DNA of 27,932 bases, taken from positions 1 through 27,932 of IMG/VR virus record IMGVR_UViG_3300006922_004547; one strand, given 5' to 3'. Of this stretch, positions 1 to 7,896 are shown piece by piece. The position numbers and the translations under genes are program-made. The notes beneath the pieces are model-generated. The model was not told the origin of the DNA and made no database searches. It worked only from the letters and a program-made list of their open reading frames with translations. The DNA comes from a virus (taxonomy: Duplodnaviria > Caudoviricetes). Within the stretch, counting starts at the first letter, position 1. Each line of letters starts with the position of its first letter.

Positions 1-759
1 CTGATTAATTAACTCTAAATTAGTAAACTCTGCACTACCTGGTATGTTATATAGCTCTGCAGCATCTTCTTTATGTAACACCTCTATTATAGCTTTAGCG
101 TGATCACGAGCGTGAATCCATTCACGAATGTTATCACCTTTACCATATACTGGAATGTATTGACCCTGAGCTAAAGATCTTATAACAGTTGGTATTAGTT
201 TCTCGTTATGTTGCCTTGGTCCATAATTATTACAACACCTTGTTATAGATGCATTAACTCCGAATGTTGTAATATAAGATTGTACTAGTAGATCAGAGCT
301 AGCTTTAGATGCTGAGTACGGGGAGCGGGGCTTAAGAGGATGCTCTTCAGTAAAGGGCTCCTCGTCTAGCTGTAAATGGCCATACACTTCATCAGTTGAG
401 ACGTGAACCATTCTAGCATGGTCCTGCTTGCATAGCTCAAGGACATTTGCTGTACCTACAACGTTACTATCAATAAACGCTAACGGGTTAGTAATGGATC
501 TATCTACGTGCGACTCAGCAGCTAGATGTAATATATAATCTACCTTCCCTATGAACTCTGTAAAGCTCGAGCTCGATATATCTCTCACTATATGCTTTAA
601 TCTATCATCGTTCAACGGTATGTGTTTAAGATCAGAACCTACACCCATCTTATCTACGCATATGACTTCTATGTCAGCGTCTTTATCCTTAAGTAACTCT
701 TCTATAACATACGAGCCAATAAAGCCGCATCCTCCTGTAACTAAATACGTCTTACTCAT
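1..759 (-). CDS. rfbB: dTDP-glucose 4,6-dehydratase (RmlB/RfbB); 3' end runs off the window
   Basis: Not in the ORF track; manual translation from ATG at 759: MSKTYLVTGGCGFIGS (GxxGxxG), HLAAESHVDRSI, HVSTDEVYG, PRSPYSASKASSD (YxxxK), NNYGPRQHNEKLIP, YGKGDNIREWIH. Open to position 1. Start overlaps the end of the upstream gene (752). Confidence 0.95.
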   Translation of the reverse strand, partial: MSKTYLVTGGCGFIGSYVIEELLKDKDADIEVICVDKMGVGSDLKHIPLNDDRLKHIVRDISSSSFTEFIGKVDYILHLAAESHVDRSITNPLAFIDSNVVGTANVLELCKQDHARMVHVSTDEVYGHLQLDEEPFTEEHPLKPRSPYSASKASSDLLVQSYITTFGVNASITRCCNNYGPRQHNEKLIPTVIRSLAQGQYIPVYGKGDNIREWIHARDHAKAIIEVLHKEDAAELYNIPGSAEFTNLELINQ

Positions 760-1231
760 TCTCTAATAATTTTGGATTCTGTTTTATGGTTTGCAAGGTA
801 ATAAGATCCTTTATCTTTGTCGTAGACCATTCATGTGATCTAGTTGTATACACTACTTCTGGCGGCAGATCATCACCTGTAAAAGGCTTACCAATATAAT
901 CTTCTCCTAATATACGAACGTCTGGGTTAAAGAACTTAATTAAGTCTACAAGCTCATCTTCTGTTTGATACATATATACCTCATCAATATACTTGATAGC
1001 CATTAATGTCTTGTACCTCTCATAGTACGGTATGACTGGTTTATATTTTGTGTAACGAGTTGATGATGGATCCTTCTGTAAGAATACAATGAACTTATCA
1101 CTATGCCTTTTAGCTTCTTCAAAGGTGTAGATATAGCCAGGATGAAGTAAATCGAAGTTACCTGCAGTAAAGCTTGTAATTATTTTACCAGGGGAATTAT
1201 TCTTAATCTTATTATACAGAGGGCTTTTCAT
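752..1231 (-). CDS. Cytidylyltransferase family protein (TagD/glycerol-3-phosphate cytidylyltransferase-like)
   Basis: AGNFDLLHPGY (HxGH-like motif), KPVIPYYER, PDVRILGEDY, R-x-H-x-W-STT C-terminal motif typical of the TagD/RfaE-domain II family. Confidence 0.85.
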   Translation of the reverse strand: MKSPLYNKIKNNSPGKIITSFTAGNFDLLHPGYIYTFEEAKRHSDKFIVFLQKDPSSTRYTKYKPVIPYYERYKTLMAIKYIDEVYMYQTEDELVDLIKFFNPDVRILGEDYIGKPFTGDDLPPEVVYTTRSHEWSTTKIKDLITLQTIKQNPKLLENE

Positions 1232-2057
1232 ATATTAGCGCGAGTGCATCTGACTCAGTCATTGGTTCAAAATCATATTTTTCTTTAAGCTTAGTAACAT
1301 CTAATGTGCAATTAGATCTGTTGGCTTTAGTATTAAGAGCAGCGAAGTCTACAAACTTCCAATTAGGGTTACCTTTATCTGCTGCTTTCATAAACTCTAT
1401 AACACCAGCCGTATCTAGAGCATCTGGATTAACGAGGTGAAGTACATCATTATCACTCCTAGCTTCTTCAACATACTTCTTAATGAACCTACATAAATCT
1501 GGTATATACGTTTTAGAGTTCTTAAAATTAACTAGGTTATCATACTTACGGAGCTTTGATAAAACAGATCTTTCTGATGTAATATCATTATCAAACGGCA
1601 TCCGGATCCTTATAGTTAAGCCATAATCACCAGCTGCTAATTCATATGCATGCTTTGATTTAGAGTAGAAAGATGACTCAATATCAAACAACCCATAGTT
1701 AGGCTCATCTTCCTCTAACCATTCCTTTTCATAACCTGTAAAGATACAACCAGACGAAATATGAATGTATGGAATTTGTGCTGCTTTACAGACTCTATTT
1801 ACATTTACCGGCCCAAGTACATTTAGATCCCAACACTCTTTCTTTTTATCTTCTGCTTGATCAACATTAGGCCGGCCTGTAAAGCCTGAGCAGTTAATAA
1901 CGTAGTCAATATTACTTTTGGATAAGAAGGCTAGTAACTTATACTGCTTATTATAATCTAGATCGTCGCGACGTAAGACTGTAACGTTATGATCGCTCTT
2001 TAAACTATTACTTAAATGAGTTCCTACGTAACCACCACCCAAGATGCAAATATTCAT
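1212..2057 (-). CDS. NDP-4-keto-6-deoxyglucose reductase, RmlD-like SDR of the NRS/ER (3,5-epimerase/4-reductase) type
   Basis: ILGGGYVG Rossmann start, GFTGRPNVD, SSGCIF, SFYSKSK (YxxxK), IRIRMP; upstream of rmlB in the same operon. Confidence 0.85.
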   Translation of the reverse strand: MNICILGGGYVGTHLSNSLKSDHNVTVLRRDDLDYNKQYKLLAFLSKSNIDYVINCSGFTGRPNVDQAEDKKKECWDLNVLGPVNVNRVCKAAQIPYIHISSGCIFTGYEKEWLEEDEPNYGLFDIESSFYSKSKHAYELAAGDYGLTIRIRMPFDNDITSERSVLSKLRKYDNLVNFKNSKTYIPDLCRFIKKYVEEARSDNDVLHLVNPDALDTAGVIEFMKAADKGNPNWKFVDFAALNTKANRSNCTLDVTKLKEKYDFEPMTESDALALIYEKPSV

Positions 2058-2063
2058 ATATAA

Positions 2064-2092
2064 ATATTAACATGGAACGGTAGTATAATCAA
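2064..2092 (-). promoter_or_regulatory. sigma70-like promoter of the sugar operon
   Basis: TTGATT (2092-2087), 17 nt spacer ending TGT, TAATAT (2069-2064), 6 nt before the ATG at 2057. Confidence 0.55.
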
Positions 2093-2340
2093 CTGCTTTT
2101 CTTCTTCCATTGTTGTCTTTTCGGACCGCGTTTCTTATATTTTTTGTTCTTTATCTTCTTACACGCAGCGTGTGACGACCTACAAGCAGGGTATGAAGAG
2201 CCTTTCTTACCTGCTTTCTTTCTACCACAAGGCCCACCGGTTTTACAGTTGACCCATCCTTTAAACTTCTTACCAGTCTTCTTATCTGTCCTAGTCTTAA
2301 ACCAGTCTCGTAAGTTCTCTAACAATTCTTTTTGAGTCAT
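2089..2340 (-). CDS. Small Lys/Cys-rich basic phage protein
   Basis: LRDWF..GWVNCKTGGPCGRK..YPACR; ATG overlaps the stop of the upstream gene (2337-2339); resembles small domains I recall from marine T4-like phages. Confidence 0.75.
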   Translation of the reverse strand: MTQKELLENLRDWFKTRTDKKTGKKFKGWVNCKTGGPCGRKKAGKKGSSYPACRSSHAACKKIKNKKYKKRGPKRQQWKKKSS

Positions 2341-2702
2341 TTTATTTTACCGCCTCTGTTTACACATTTCTGAACATAGCCTGATGCATAAGCAGAAGGC
2401 CATACATCATATTTACGCTTAGCTTTAGCTTGACATTTAGCGCGAGTCTTAGATACCTTCTTTTCAGCATCTTCTTCAGGCACCTCTTCAGACTCAGACT
2501 TCTTTCGCTTACCACCCTTCATGTTTGCACACCAGTGATACATCTTCGCTTTCTCACCACTAGCGTTTTTTGCTTTCTTACGAAGCTCTGTCACTGAACC
2601 ATTACAACTAGCCCCTGACTTCTTAACACGTCCAGGACGGCTCTTACCCTTCTTTTTACCGTCGGCAAAGTTTTCAACGTAAAATGACTTAAAATCTTTC
2701 AC
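2337..2702 (-). CDS. Small basic two-module protein, putative internal head protein
   Basis: GTG start preceded by TAAATA-N5; N-terminus MKDFKSFYVE resembles the T4 capsid-targeting sequence; modules ENFADG..HWCANMK and KYDVWPSAYASG joined by an acidic EEDAE linker. Confidence 0.75.
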   Translation of the reverse strand: MKDFKSFYVENFADGKKKGKSRPGRVKKSGASCNGSVTELRKKAKNASGEKAKMYHWCANMKGGKRKKSESEEVPEEDAEKKVSKTRAKCQAKAKRKYDVWPSAYASGYVQKCVNRGGKIK

Positions 2703-2710
2703 GTAAATAT

Positions 2711-2929
2711 TTACTCTTCTATATAGAGTTTTTCAATATACTCTTTAATTCTTTCATAATTATACTCACCCTCAACAACGCTAAGTTCTATTTGATCTAC
2801 AAAACTATTAGCTAAGAAATCCATCTCTTCATCCTCAACCTTCTCTAATGCATCTCTTACTGCATAAAGGCTATCATATAAAGCGTCGATAGATTTATCT
2901 AAATTATTAACAAGCTTAGACTTTTTCAT
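2711..2929 (-). CDS. Hypothetical small acidic helical protein
   Basis: Fills the gap between neighbours on the same strand; AATAAATA at 2946-2939 upstream. Confidence 0.7.
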   Translation of the reverse strand: MKKSKLVNNLDKSIDALYDSLYAVRDALEKVEDEEMDFLANSFVDQIELSVVEGEYNYERIKEYIEKLYIEE

Positions 2930-2953
2930 ATTTAAAGCTATTTATTGCTGTAA

Positions 2954-3661
2954 TTAGGATAGCAACGATGTTTTTCTATAATCATTTAAGATATTAATAA
3001 TATCCGCTTTAAGGTAGTTAATGTGATATGGTACAAATCTATCTTCTTGTAGGTAGAAGATGACACACTTACGGCAGCGTTGACCGGTCATTTGCTCGTG
3101 CATATAAGCATACATCGACAATTGTAGAGCGTACGTATTAAACTCGCAGGTATGTAAGTGATCAACAGGATCGAGCATTCGTTCACCAAACGGTGAGCTG
3201 AACCTAAACTTCTTATTAGTCTTAAAATCTCCTACTGTGAACTCACCCTTCTTATGTTCGAATATAAGATCAGCCATTCCAGCTACGTTATAGTCCTCAT
3301 TGTATAATAAACTCTCGCAATGAATCTTATCATGTCTATCGATATGCCGATCTACTGCCCTGTTATAGGTTTTATAAAGCCAGCTATAATTATCTTCCAT
3401 ATCACCATAGCTAATATAATCTTCAAGTAGTTTGTGAATATTTGTACCCCTATCACAAGCTTTATTCTTTTCCTTCTCCCACATTTCAAGAACCATCTCT
3501 TTCGACACACCTTCTCGTTCAGCTACTCTCGATGCATGGAAGTGTTTATCAAACTTCTTCTTATATTGACCAAGTAGAGTAGTTACAGAAATAAACTTAC
3601 CTTTATCTTTATGCGTGTAGGTATGCGACGCTTCATCGAAATTGACAATTTTTGCAGACAT
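2954..3661 (-). CDS. PD-(D/E)XK exonuclease (RecB-like/Cas4-like superfamily)
   Basis: SVTTLL, RGTNIH, E..L, AGMADL, GDFKT, QLSMYAY motifs. Start placed at the second ATG (3661) because a TTGATA-16-TAAAAT promoter ends directly at the first ATG (3667). Confidence 0.85.
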   Translation of the reverse strand: MSAKIVNFDEASHTYTHKDKGKFISVTTLLGQYKKKFDKHFHASRVAEREGVSKEMVLEMWEKEKNKACDRGTNIHKLLEDYISYGDMEDNYSWLYKTYNRAVDRHIDRHDKIHCESLLYNEDYNVAGMADLIFEHKKGEFTVGDFKTNKKFRFSSPFGERMLDPVDHLHTCEFNTYALQLSMYAYMHEQMTGQRCRKCVIFYLQEDRFVPYHINYLKADIINILNDYRKTSLLS

Positions 3662-3707
3662 TAACATATTTTAATATAAAACTCACGACTATCAACTAAA
3701 TAATGGT

Positions 3708-4508
3708 ATGGGTGTAAAGATTTCAGAATTACCAACATTTTCCTCTCCTCTCACAGGTAACGAGCTCGTGGCAGTCGTACAAGACTCTATAACTAGTCAA
3801 ACACTGCTAAGCTCGTTTGCTGCACCTTTAACTGGGGTAGGTGGTATGCTAGCAAGAACTGAACTTTCTTCTCTTTCTGGTGGATGGGATTCTACTAGAA
3901 TATATGTATCGGCAAATTGTACGAGTTGGGATAATGCGGCTGCTTGGTGTACAGCAAATGGATGTTACGTAATAAATTGTGTTGAGCAAGGCACAAATCA
4001 AGGTCAAGTAAAAGTTACAACAGTAGGTGGTGCAGCTAGTACTGTAAATGCAAGAAATCTTCAATCTACTAGCTCTCCTACTTTTTGCGGTTTAACTGTT
4101 TCAGGTACTATTATTGCTAGCAACCTTAATGCTGGTTATGAAACTACTGTGGCAGGAGGTTGTAGTTATTCTTCTATTGTAGGTGGGTTTTATGGATGCG
4201 CTAATGGTACTGCCTCATTCGTTGGAGGTGGAAATTATAATGTAACATGTGGTGATTGTAGTGCAGTAGTAAACGGTTGTTATAATGCTGTATGTGGTGA
4301 CAGTAGTTCTGTTTTAGCTGGCGCAAAAAATACAATAGCGCCTTCTGTTTCTGCATCATCAATATTAGCTGGGTGTTGTATTAATGCTACTGCTAGTGAT
4401 ACGGCTTATACACAAAAGCTTATAATAACTGATGTACCCACCAGTTGTGCAGGATTACCTGTAGGATCAATATATAGATCCGGCTCTGATTTAAAAATTG
4501 TGACTTAG
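3708..4508 (+). CDS. Putative virion fibre/appendage protein with Cys-rich 15-aa repeats
   Basis: MGVKISELP...LTGNELVAVVQ N-terminus typical of phage fibre-like proteins; Gly/Ser/Thr-rich; S-x-[VI]-x-G-G-x-x-N type repeats; TAAATA-N5-ATG. Confidence 0.6.
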   Translation: MGVKISELPTFSSPLTGNELVAVVQDSITSQTLLSSFAAPLTGVGGMLARTELSSLSGGWDSTRIYVSANCTSWDNAAAWCTANGCYVINCVEQGTNQGQVKVTTVGGAASTVNARNLQSTSSPTFCGLTVSGTIIASNLNAGYETTVAGGCSYSSIVGGFYGCANGTASFVGGGNYNVTCGDCSAVVNGCYNAVCGDSSSVLAGAKNTIAPSVSASSILAGCCINATASDTAYTQKLIITDVPTSCAGLPVGSIYRSGSDLKIVT

Positions 4509-4560
4509 CCTCTTGAATTTCACTATATTGTAAGTAAATTATAGTATAGTTTAATTAGAC

Positions 4561-5541
4561 ATGAGCAAGCGTAATAGTAGTAATACAAAAAAGCAGGTAG
4601 CTAAAACTAAAGCAGTAGAGGCTGAAGTGGCAGAAGTAAAGCCTACCTTAGTGGGTAAGAATGCTATCTTTCATATGGAAGGTGGGGTAGGTAAGCATGT
4701 GGCAGCGTCAGCTGTTATAGCATCATACAAGAAAGCTAAACCAGAAAATAATATTATTGTAGTATGTGCTTGGCCTGAAGTATTTCTTAATAACCCTCAT
4801 GTTGATAGGGTTTATAGAATTGGTAACACACCTCACTTTTATAAAGATTACATTTATAAGCAGGATGTCGAGATTCATTCACAGGAACCATATAAAACAA
4901 CAAATCATATTACAAAGAAGAAGCATCTTATTGATTCCTGGTGTGATTTAATTAATGTACCTCGTGCGGATACCACACCTGAGTTATTATTAAACTTTAG
5001 AGAGAAAGAAGAAGCTGGAAGGATTATCCAGAACCCATCCAATAAGCCAGTACTTCTTATTCAACCATTCGGCGGTCCTGGTAAAGAGCATCAAGAGACT
5101 CCATATTCATGGACTAGAGATATTCACCCTACTGTCGCTCAAAACATTGTCAACGCTCTACATGATAGGTATCACATAGTACACGTTTGCTATGACCTGC
5201 ACCCTCAGTTAGAGAACGTACAACGTGTTGATGCTGCTATGCCTAAAAAAGTTCTATTTGGGCTTTTACTCTACTCAACAAAGAGACTCTTAATTGATTC
5301 TTCTCTCCAGCATGCTGCAGCTGCAATGAACTTACCTTCAACTGTTGTGTGGGTGGCCACACAACCAGAAACTTTCGGCTATGATTTACATAACAACATT
5401 AAACCTTCAAAAGAATTTCTTGAAGGTACTGTTGATTCATATCTATATGATTACAGCTTTACAGGAGCACTTCATGAATGTCAATATGAAAATCCTAGTC
5501 AAATATTTGACGCTAATAAGATTGCAAATAGTCTAGTTTAA
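4561..5541 (+). CDS. Glycosyltransferase, GT9 (heptosyltransferase)-like GT-B fold
   Basis: EGGVGKHV, PEVFLNNPHVDRV, LIQPFGG, IDSSLQHAAAAMNLPSTVVW (DS-x-x-x-H-x-AAA motif of GT9). Confidence 0.75.
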   Translation: MSKRNSSNTKKQVAKTKAVEAEVAEVKPTLVGKNAIFHMEGGVGKHVAASAVIASYKKAKPENNIIVVCAWPEVFLNNPHVDRVYRIGNTPHFYKDYIYKQDVEIHSQEPYKTTNHITKKKHLIDSWCDLINVPRADTTPELLLNFREKEEAGRIIQNPSNKPVLLIQPFGGPGKEHQETPYSWTRDIHPTVAQNIVNALHDRYHIVHVCYDLHPQLENVQRVDAAMPKKVLFGLLLYSTKRLLIDSSLQHAAAAMNLPSTVVWVATQPETFGYDLHNNIKPSKEFLEGTVDSYLYDYSFTGALHECQYENPSQIFDANKIANSLV

Positions 5542-5559
5542 CTTCGTTAGTGTTATATG

Positions 5560-5591
5560 AGCCTTCACGTCTAGCGGCGTGAAGGCTTTTT
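5560..5591 (+). terminator. Intrinsic terminator between convergent genes
   Basis: AGCCTTCACG (5560-5569) / CGTGAAGGCT (5578-5587) perfect stem followed by a T run. Confidence 0.8.
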
Positions 5592-6366
5592 AGTAATAAT
5601 TGCCATAGATATCATTATCATTGACATCCATATCATATACGTTATCTTGCGAGTCTTCATTAATATCCCAATCAAAGGACTTATCATCTGAAACACTATC
5701 ACCTGGTATGCTAGTAGATAGAACGCCACTAAACGAGTTTTCAAATACCTGATCATTAACTGGCTCAATAGGCGCGCCAGGCTCAAATGAGTATTCGTAT
5801 CGTTTAGCTCTCACTCTATATACATATGTACCGAGTAGTGGGTTCATTGCTGAAACATCTTGATCCATTCGCTCTGTAATCTCATACACCTTTGCACCCC
5901 TACCGTTTGTTCGCATACAGCTTAATGCATCTATGACTACAAGATCACCAGACTTAGGCTCTATAGACTGACCAACACTGGCATAATCAAACTTTGCTGA
6001 CGCAGCGTTATAAAATGTGTCTATATGTAAATAACCTGTAAACTCATCAGCAGCATCAAATCCGAAACTTTGTAATGAGATAGCTTCGTTATTAAGCTCA
6101 ACATACATTTGAAGTTCAAGTGGGCCTTGAAACGTTTTAGTAGGCTCTTCACCGTATAACAAATTAGCAGCTGATAAATTAAACGGATTAAAATAGTATT
6201 GAACGTCTATACCGTAATTGTTAATTAGGTCGTTGTAAGCTTGATCAAATACTAACTGTTCTGCTTGCATGCTCGTAGCATTTACAAACTTACCGCAAGA
6301 TGGAATAGCTGTAGCTGCTAAAACTTCTTCCGGTGTGCAGTTAATAGTATTTGGATTACAGCCCAT
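5590..6366 (-). CDS. gp14: Neck/head-completion protein, T4 gp14-like
   Basis: YGIDVQY, LLYGEEP...F, SFGFDAADE, EPKSGDLV, YEIT, LGTYVYRVRAKRYEYS match the gp14 pattern (FG..DE, EPKEGDL, F-x-YS); TAAATA-N5-ATG. Confidence 0.75.
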   Translation of the reverse strand: MGCNPNTINCTPEEVLAATAIPSCGKFVNATSMQAEQLVFDQAYNDLINNYGIDVQYYFNPFNLSAANLLYGEEPTKTFQGPLELQMYVELNNEAISLQSFGFDAADEFTGYLHIDTFYNAASAKFDYASVGQSIEPKSGDLVVIDALSCMRTNGRGAKVYEITERMDQDVSAMNPLLGTYVYRVRAKRYEYSFEPGAPIEPVNDQVFENSFSGVLSTSIPGDSVSDDKSFDWDINEDSQDNVYDMDVNDNDIYGNYY

Positions 6367-6370
6367 ATAG

Positions 6371-6712
6371 TTATTTAGTCTTCATCGGCTTCTTCATAAG
6401 CATCCCACACTGATTACCTTCTTCATCTTCAAACATTTTTACCTCTGCACCTGAGTTACCAAGACCTTTTGTTACTCCAGGCTCGTAATCTAAGCCATAA
6501 ACATTAAGTGTACCCATTAAAGGTTGACCCATCAGCTTAATTTGATGTGCTCCACCATTTATTAAATTTCTAACGTGAGGGCATTTAGAATTATAGTCCT
6601 TACGAACATTATTTTGATGCTTTCTATCTGTACCTCCGTATAAATTTTTACCAGTCCTCATTGCAGCATGCATGTACTTATCTCCTTGATAGTACTCTTT
6701 AAAGGTCTTCAT
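6371..6712 (-). CDS. Hypothetical protein, putative internal head protein
   Basis: N-terminus MKTFKEYY closely resembles the T4 internal-protein capsid-targeting sequence (MKTYQEF); TAAGTA-N5-ATG. Confidence 0.7.
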   Translation of the reverse strand: MKTFKEYYQGDKYMHAAMRTGKNLYGGTDRKHQNNVRKDYNSKCPHVRNLINGGAHQIKLMGQPLMGTLNVYGLDYEPGVTKGLGNSGAEVKMFEDEEGNQCGMLMKKPMKTK

Positions 6713-6724
6713 ATATATACTTAA

Positions 6725-6756
6725 TAAAAAAGCCTACCGATTTAACGATAGGCTTT
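6725..6756 (-). terminator. Intrinsic terminator after the 360-aa acidic gene
   Basis: AAAGCCTA...TAGGCTTT inverted repeat (6729-6756) with a T tract on the minus strand. Confidence 0.7.
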
Positions 6757-6780
6757 AATATTGTTGCGTTTTAGTTTTAA

Positions 6781-7863
6781 TTATTCAAAAGCACTTGAAC
6801 CTGGCTTAAGATTGCCAACTTTGTTCTGCTTTCCGTCGTTGTAGTGTGTATTCAGATTAGAACCAGCATCAACTTTTCCAGTTGCACCAGTACTAGCAGC
6901 TCCACCAGCATTTTTAAGACTACCTACTTTGTTCTGCTTACCATCGTTATAGTGGGTATTCAATGCAGTAGGCTCTCCTTCTTCATCTTCTTCGAATTGA
7001 GCAGGAAATTGCTCATCTTCATCTCCGAGCTCAACTTCGGCTTCGACTTCATCTTCGTCTCCACATGCAGCTTTAAGAACGTCACACAAGTGCTGTGCCA
7101 TTTCTCTGTCTAAAGTAACTGTTACTTCACCTTCTGCATCGGCGTCGGCCTCTGCATCATCAAGACCGAGTGCATCGAGATCTGCTTCTTCATGTTCACT
7201 GCCAAAATCTTCATTGACCATGACCTTATCATAGAGTTTATCAAAAACTGATTTACGCTTCATAAAAATATTTAGTCCTTCCTCAGCGATTTTCTCTATT
7301 TCTTCTGAACTTTCTTCCTCTTCCTCAGGATCTACAGGTAGTTCATCTTCATCTACAGTATCTTCTTCTTCCTCCTCTGGTTTTTTACCTTTTGCTTTCT
7401 TAATAGCTTTATCCTTTGATCCCATATACTCTGCAGTACTAGATTCAACCTCTCCATCACCATCGTAATCTTTTTTAGCTTTACTTTCTTCATCTTCAGC
7501 TATATCAGCTTCAACCTTATTGACATCATTTTCTTCTGTCTCATCCTCTTCATCTTCTTCTTTTCCAACAATACCATAACGTGCCGCTACGTCATCTGAA
7601 GTTGCAAGAGGTTGATCGCATCCCGTACCAGGATCATTTCCATCACCATAAGATAATCCTTTTATATTATAAGCGTTTTCTTTATCACCAACTTTGTTAA
7701 TGTCAACATCAGACTCTTTAAATCCGCCTCGTTCGGTTGGACCGCCTTGCTCGAGAGGAACCTCACCGATAGTTCCCGCTGGAACATTCTCATTGACTAC
7801 TACTTTATCTAAAATAGCACCGTATGCTTCACCTAAACTTTGAAGGTCTTTCTTTTTAGCCAT
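6781..7863 (-). CDS. Highly acidic, low-complexity protein; possible prohead core or internal protein
   Basis: Glu/Asp tracts, KKDYDGDGEVES motif, duplicated C-terminal 14-mer; divergent from TerL; TAAATA-N5-ATG. Confidence 0.8.
   Translation of the reverse strand: MAKKKDLQSLGEAYGAILDKVVVNENVPAGTIGEVPLEQGGPTERGGFKESDVDINKVGDKENAYNIKGLSYGDGNDPGTGCDQPLATSDDVAARYGIVGKEEDEEDETEENDVNKVEADIAEDEESKAKKDYDGDGEVESSTAEYMGSKDKAIKKAKGKKPEEEEEDTVDEDELPVDPEEEEESSEEIEKIAEEGLNIFMKRKSVFDKLYDKVMVNEDFGSEHEEADLDALGLDDAEADADAEGEVTVTLDREMAQHLCDVLKAACGDEDEVEAEVELGDEDEQFPAQFEEDEEGEPTALNTHYNDGKQNKVGSLKNAGGAASTGATGKVDAGSNLNTHYNDGKQNKVGNLKPGSSAFE
6814..6963 (-). repeat. Direct 42-nt repeat encoding LNTHYNDGKQNKVG twice
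   Basis: Copies at 6814-6855 and 6922-6963; 7 mismatches, all synonymous. Confidence 0.9.
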
Positions 7864-7896
7864 ATATTTATTTATGGTAAGTAATAAATATTTTCA
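7864..7896. promoter_or_regulatory. Back-to-back T4-like late promoters
   Basis: CATAAATA on minus (7876-7869) and AATAAATA on plus (7883-7890) in a 33-nt intergenic region. Confidence 0.75.

Noticed and set aside
2954-3661. Cas4/CRISPR system
   Set aside because: No repeat-spacer array or other cas genes in the window; stand-alone PD-(D/E)XK nucleases are common in phages.
6814-6963. Diversity-generating retroelement TR/VR pair
   Set aside because: Only 42 nt, all differences are synonymous, both copies lie in one CDS, and no reverse transcriptase is present.
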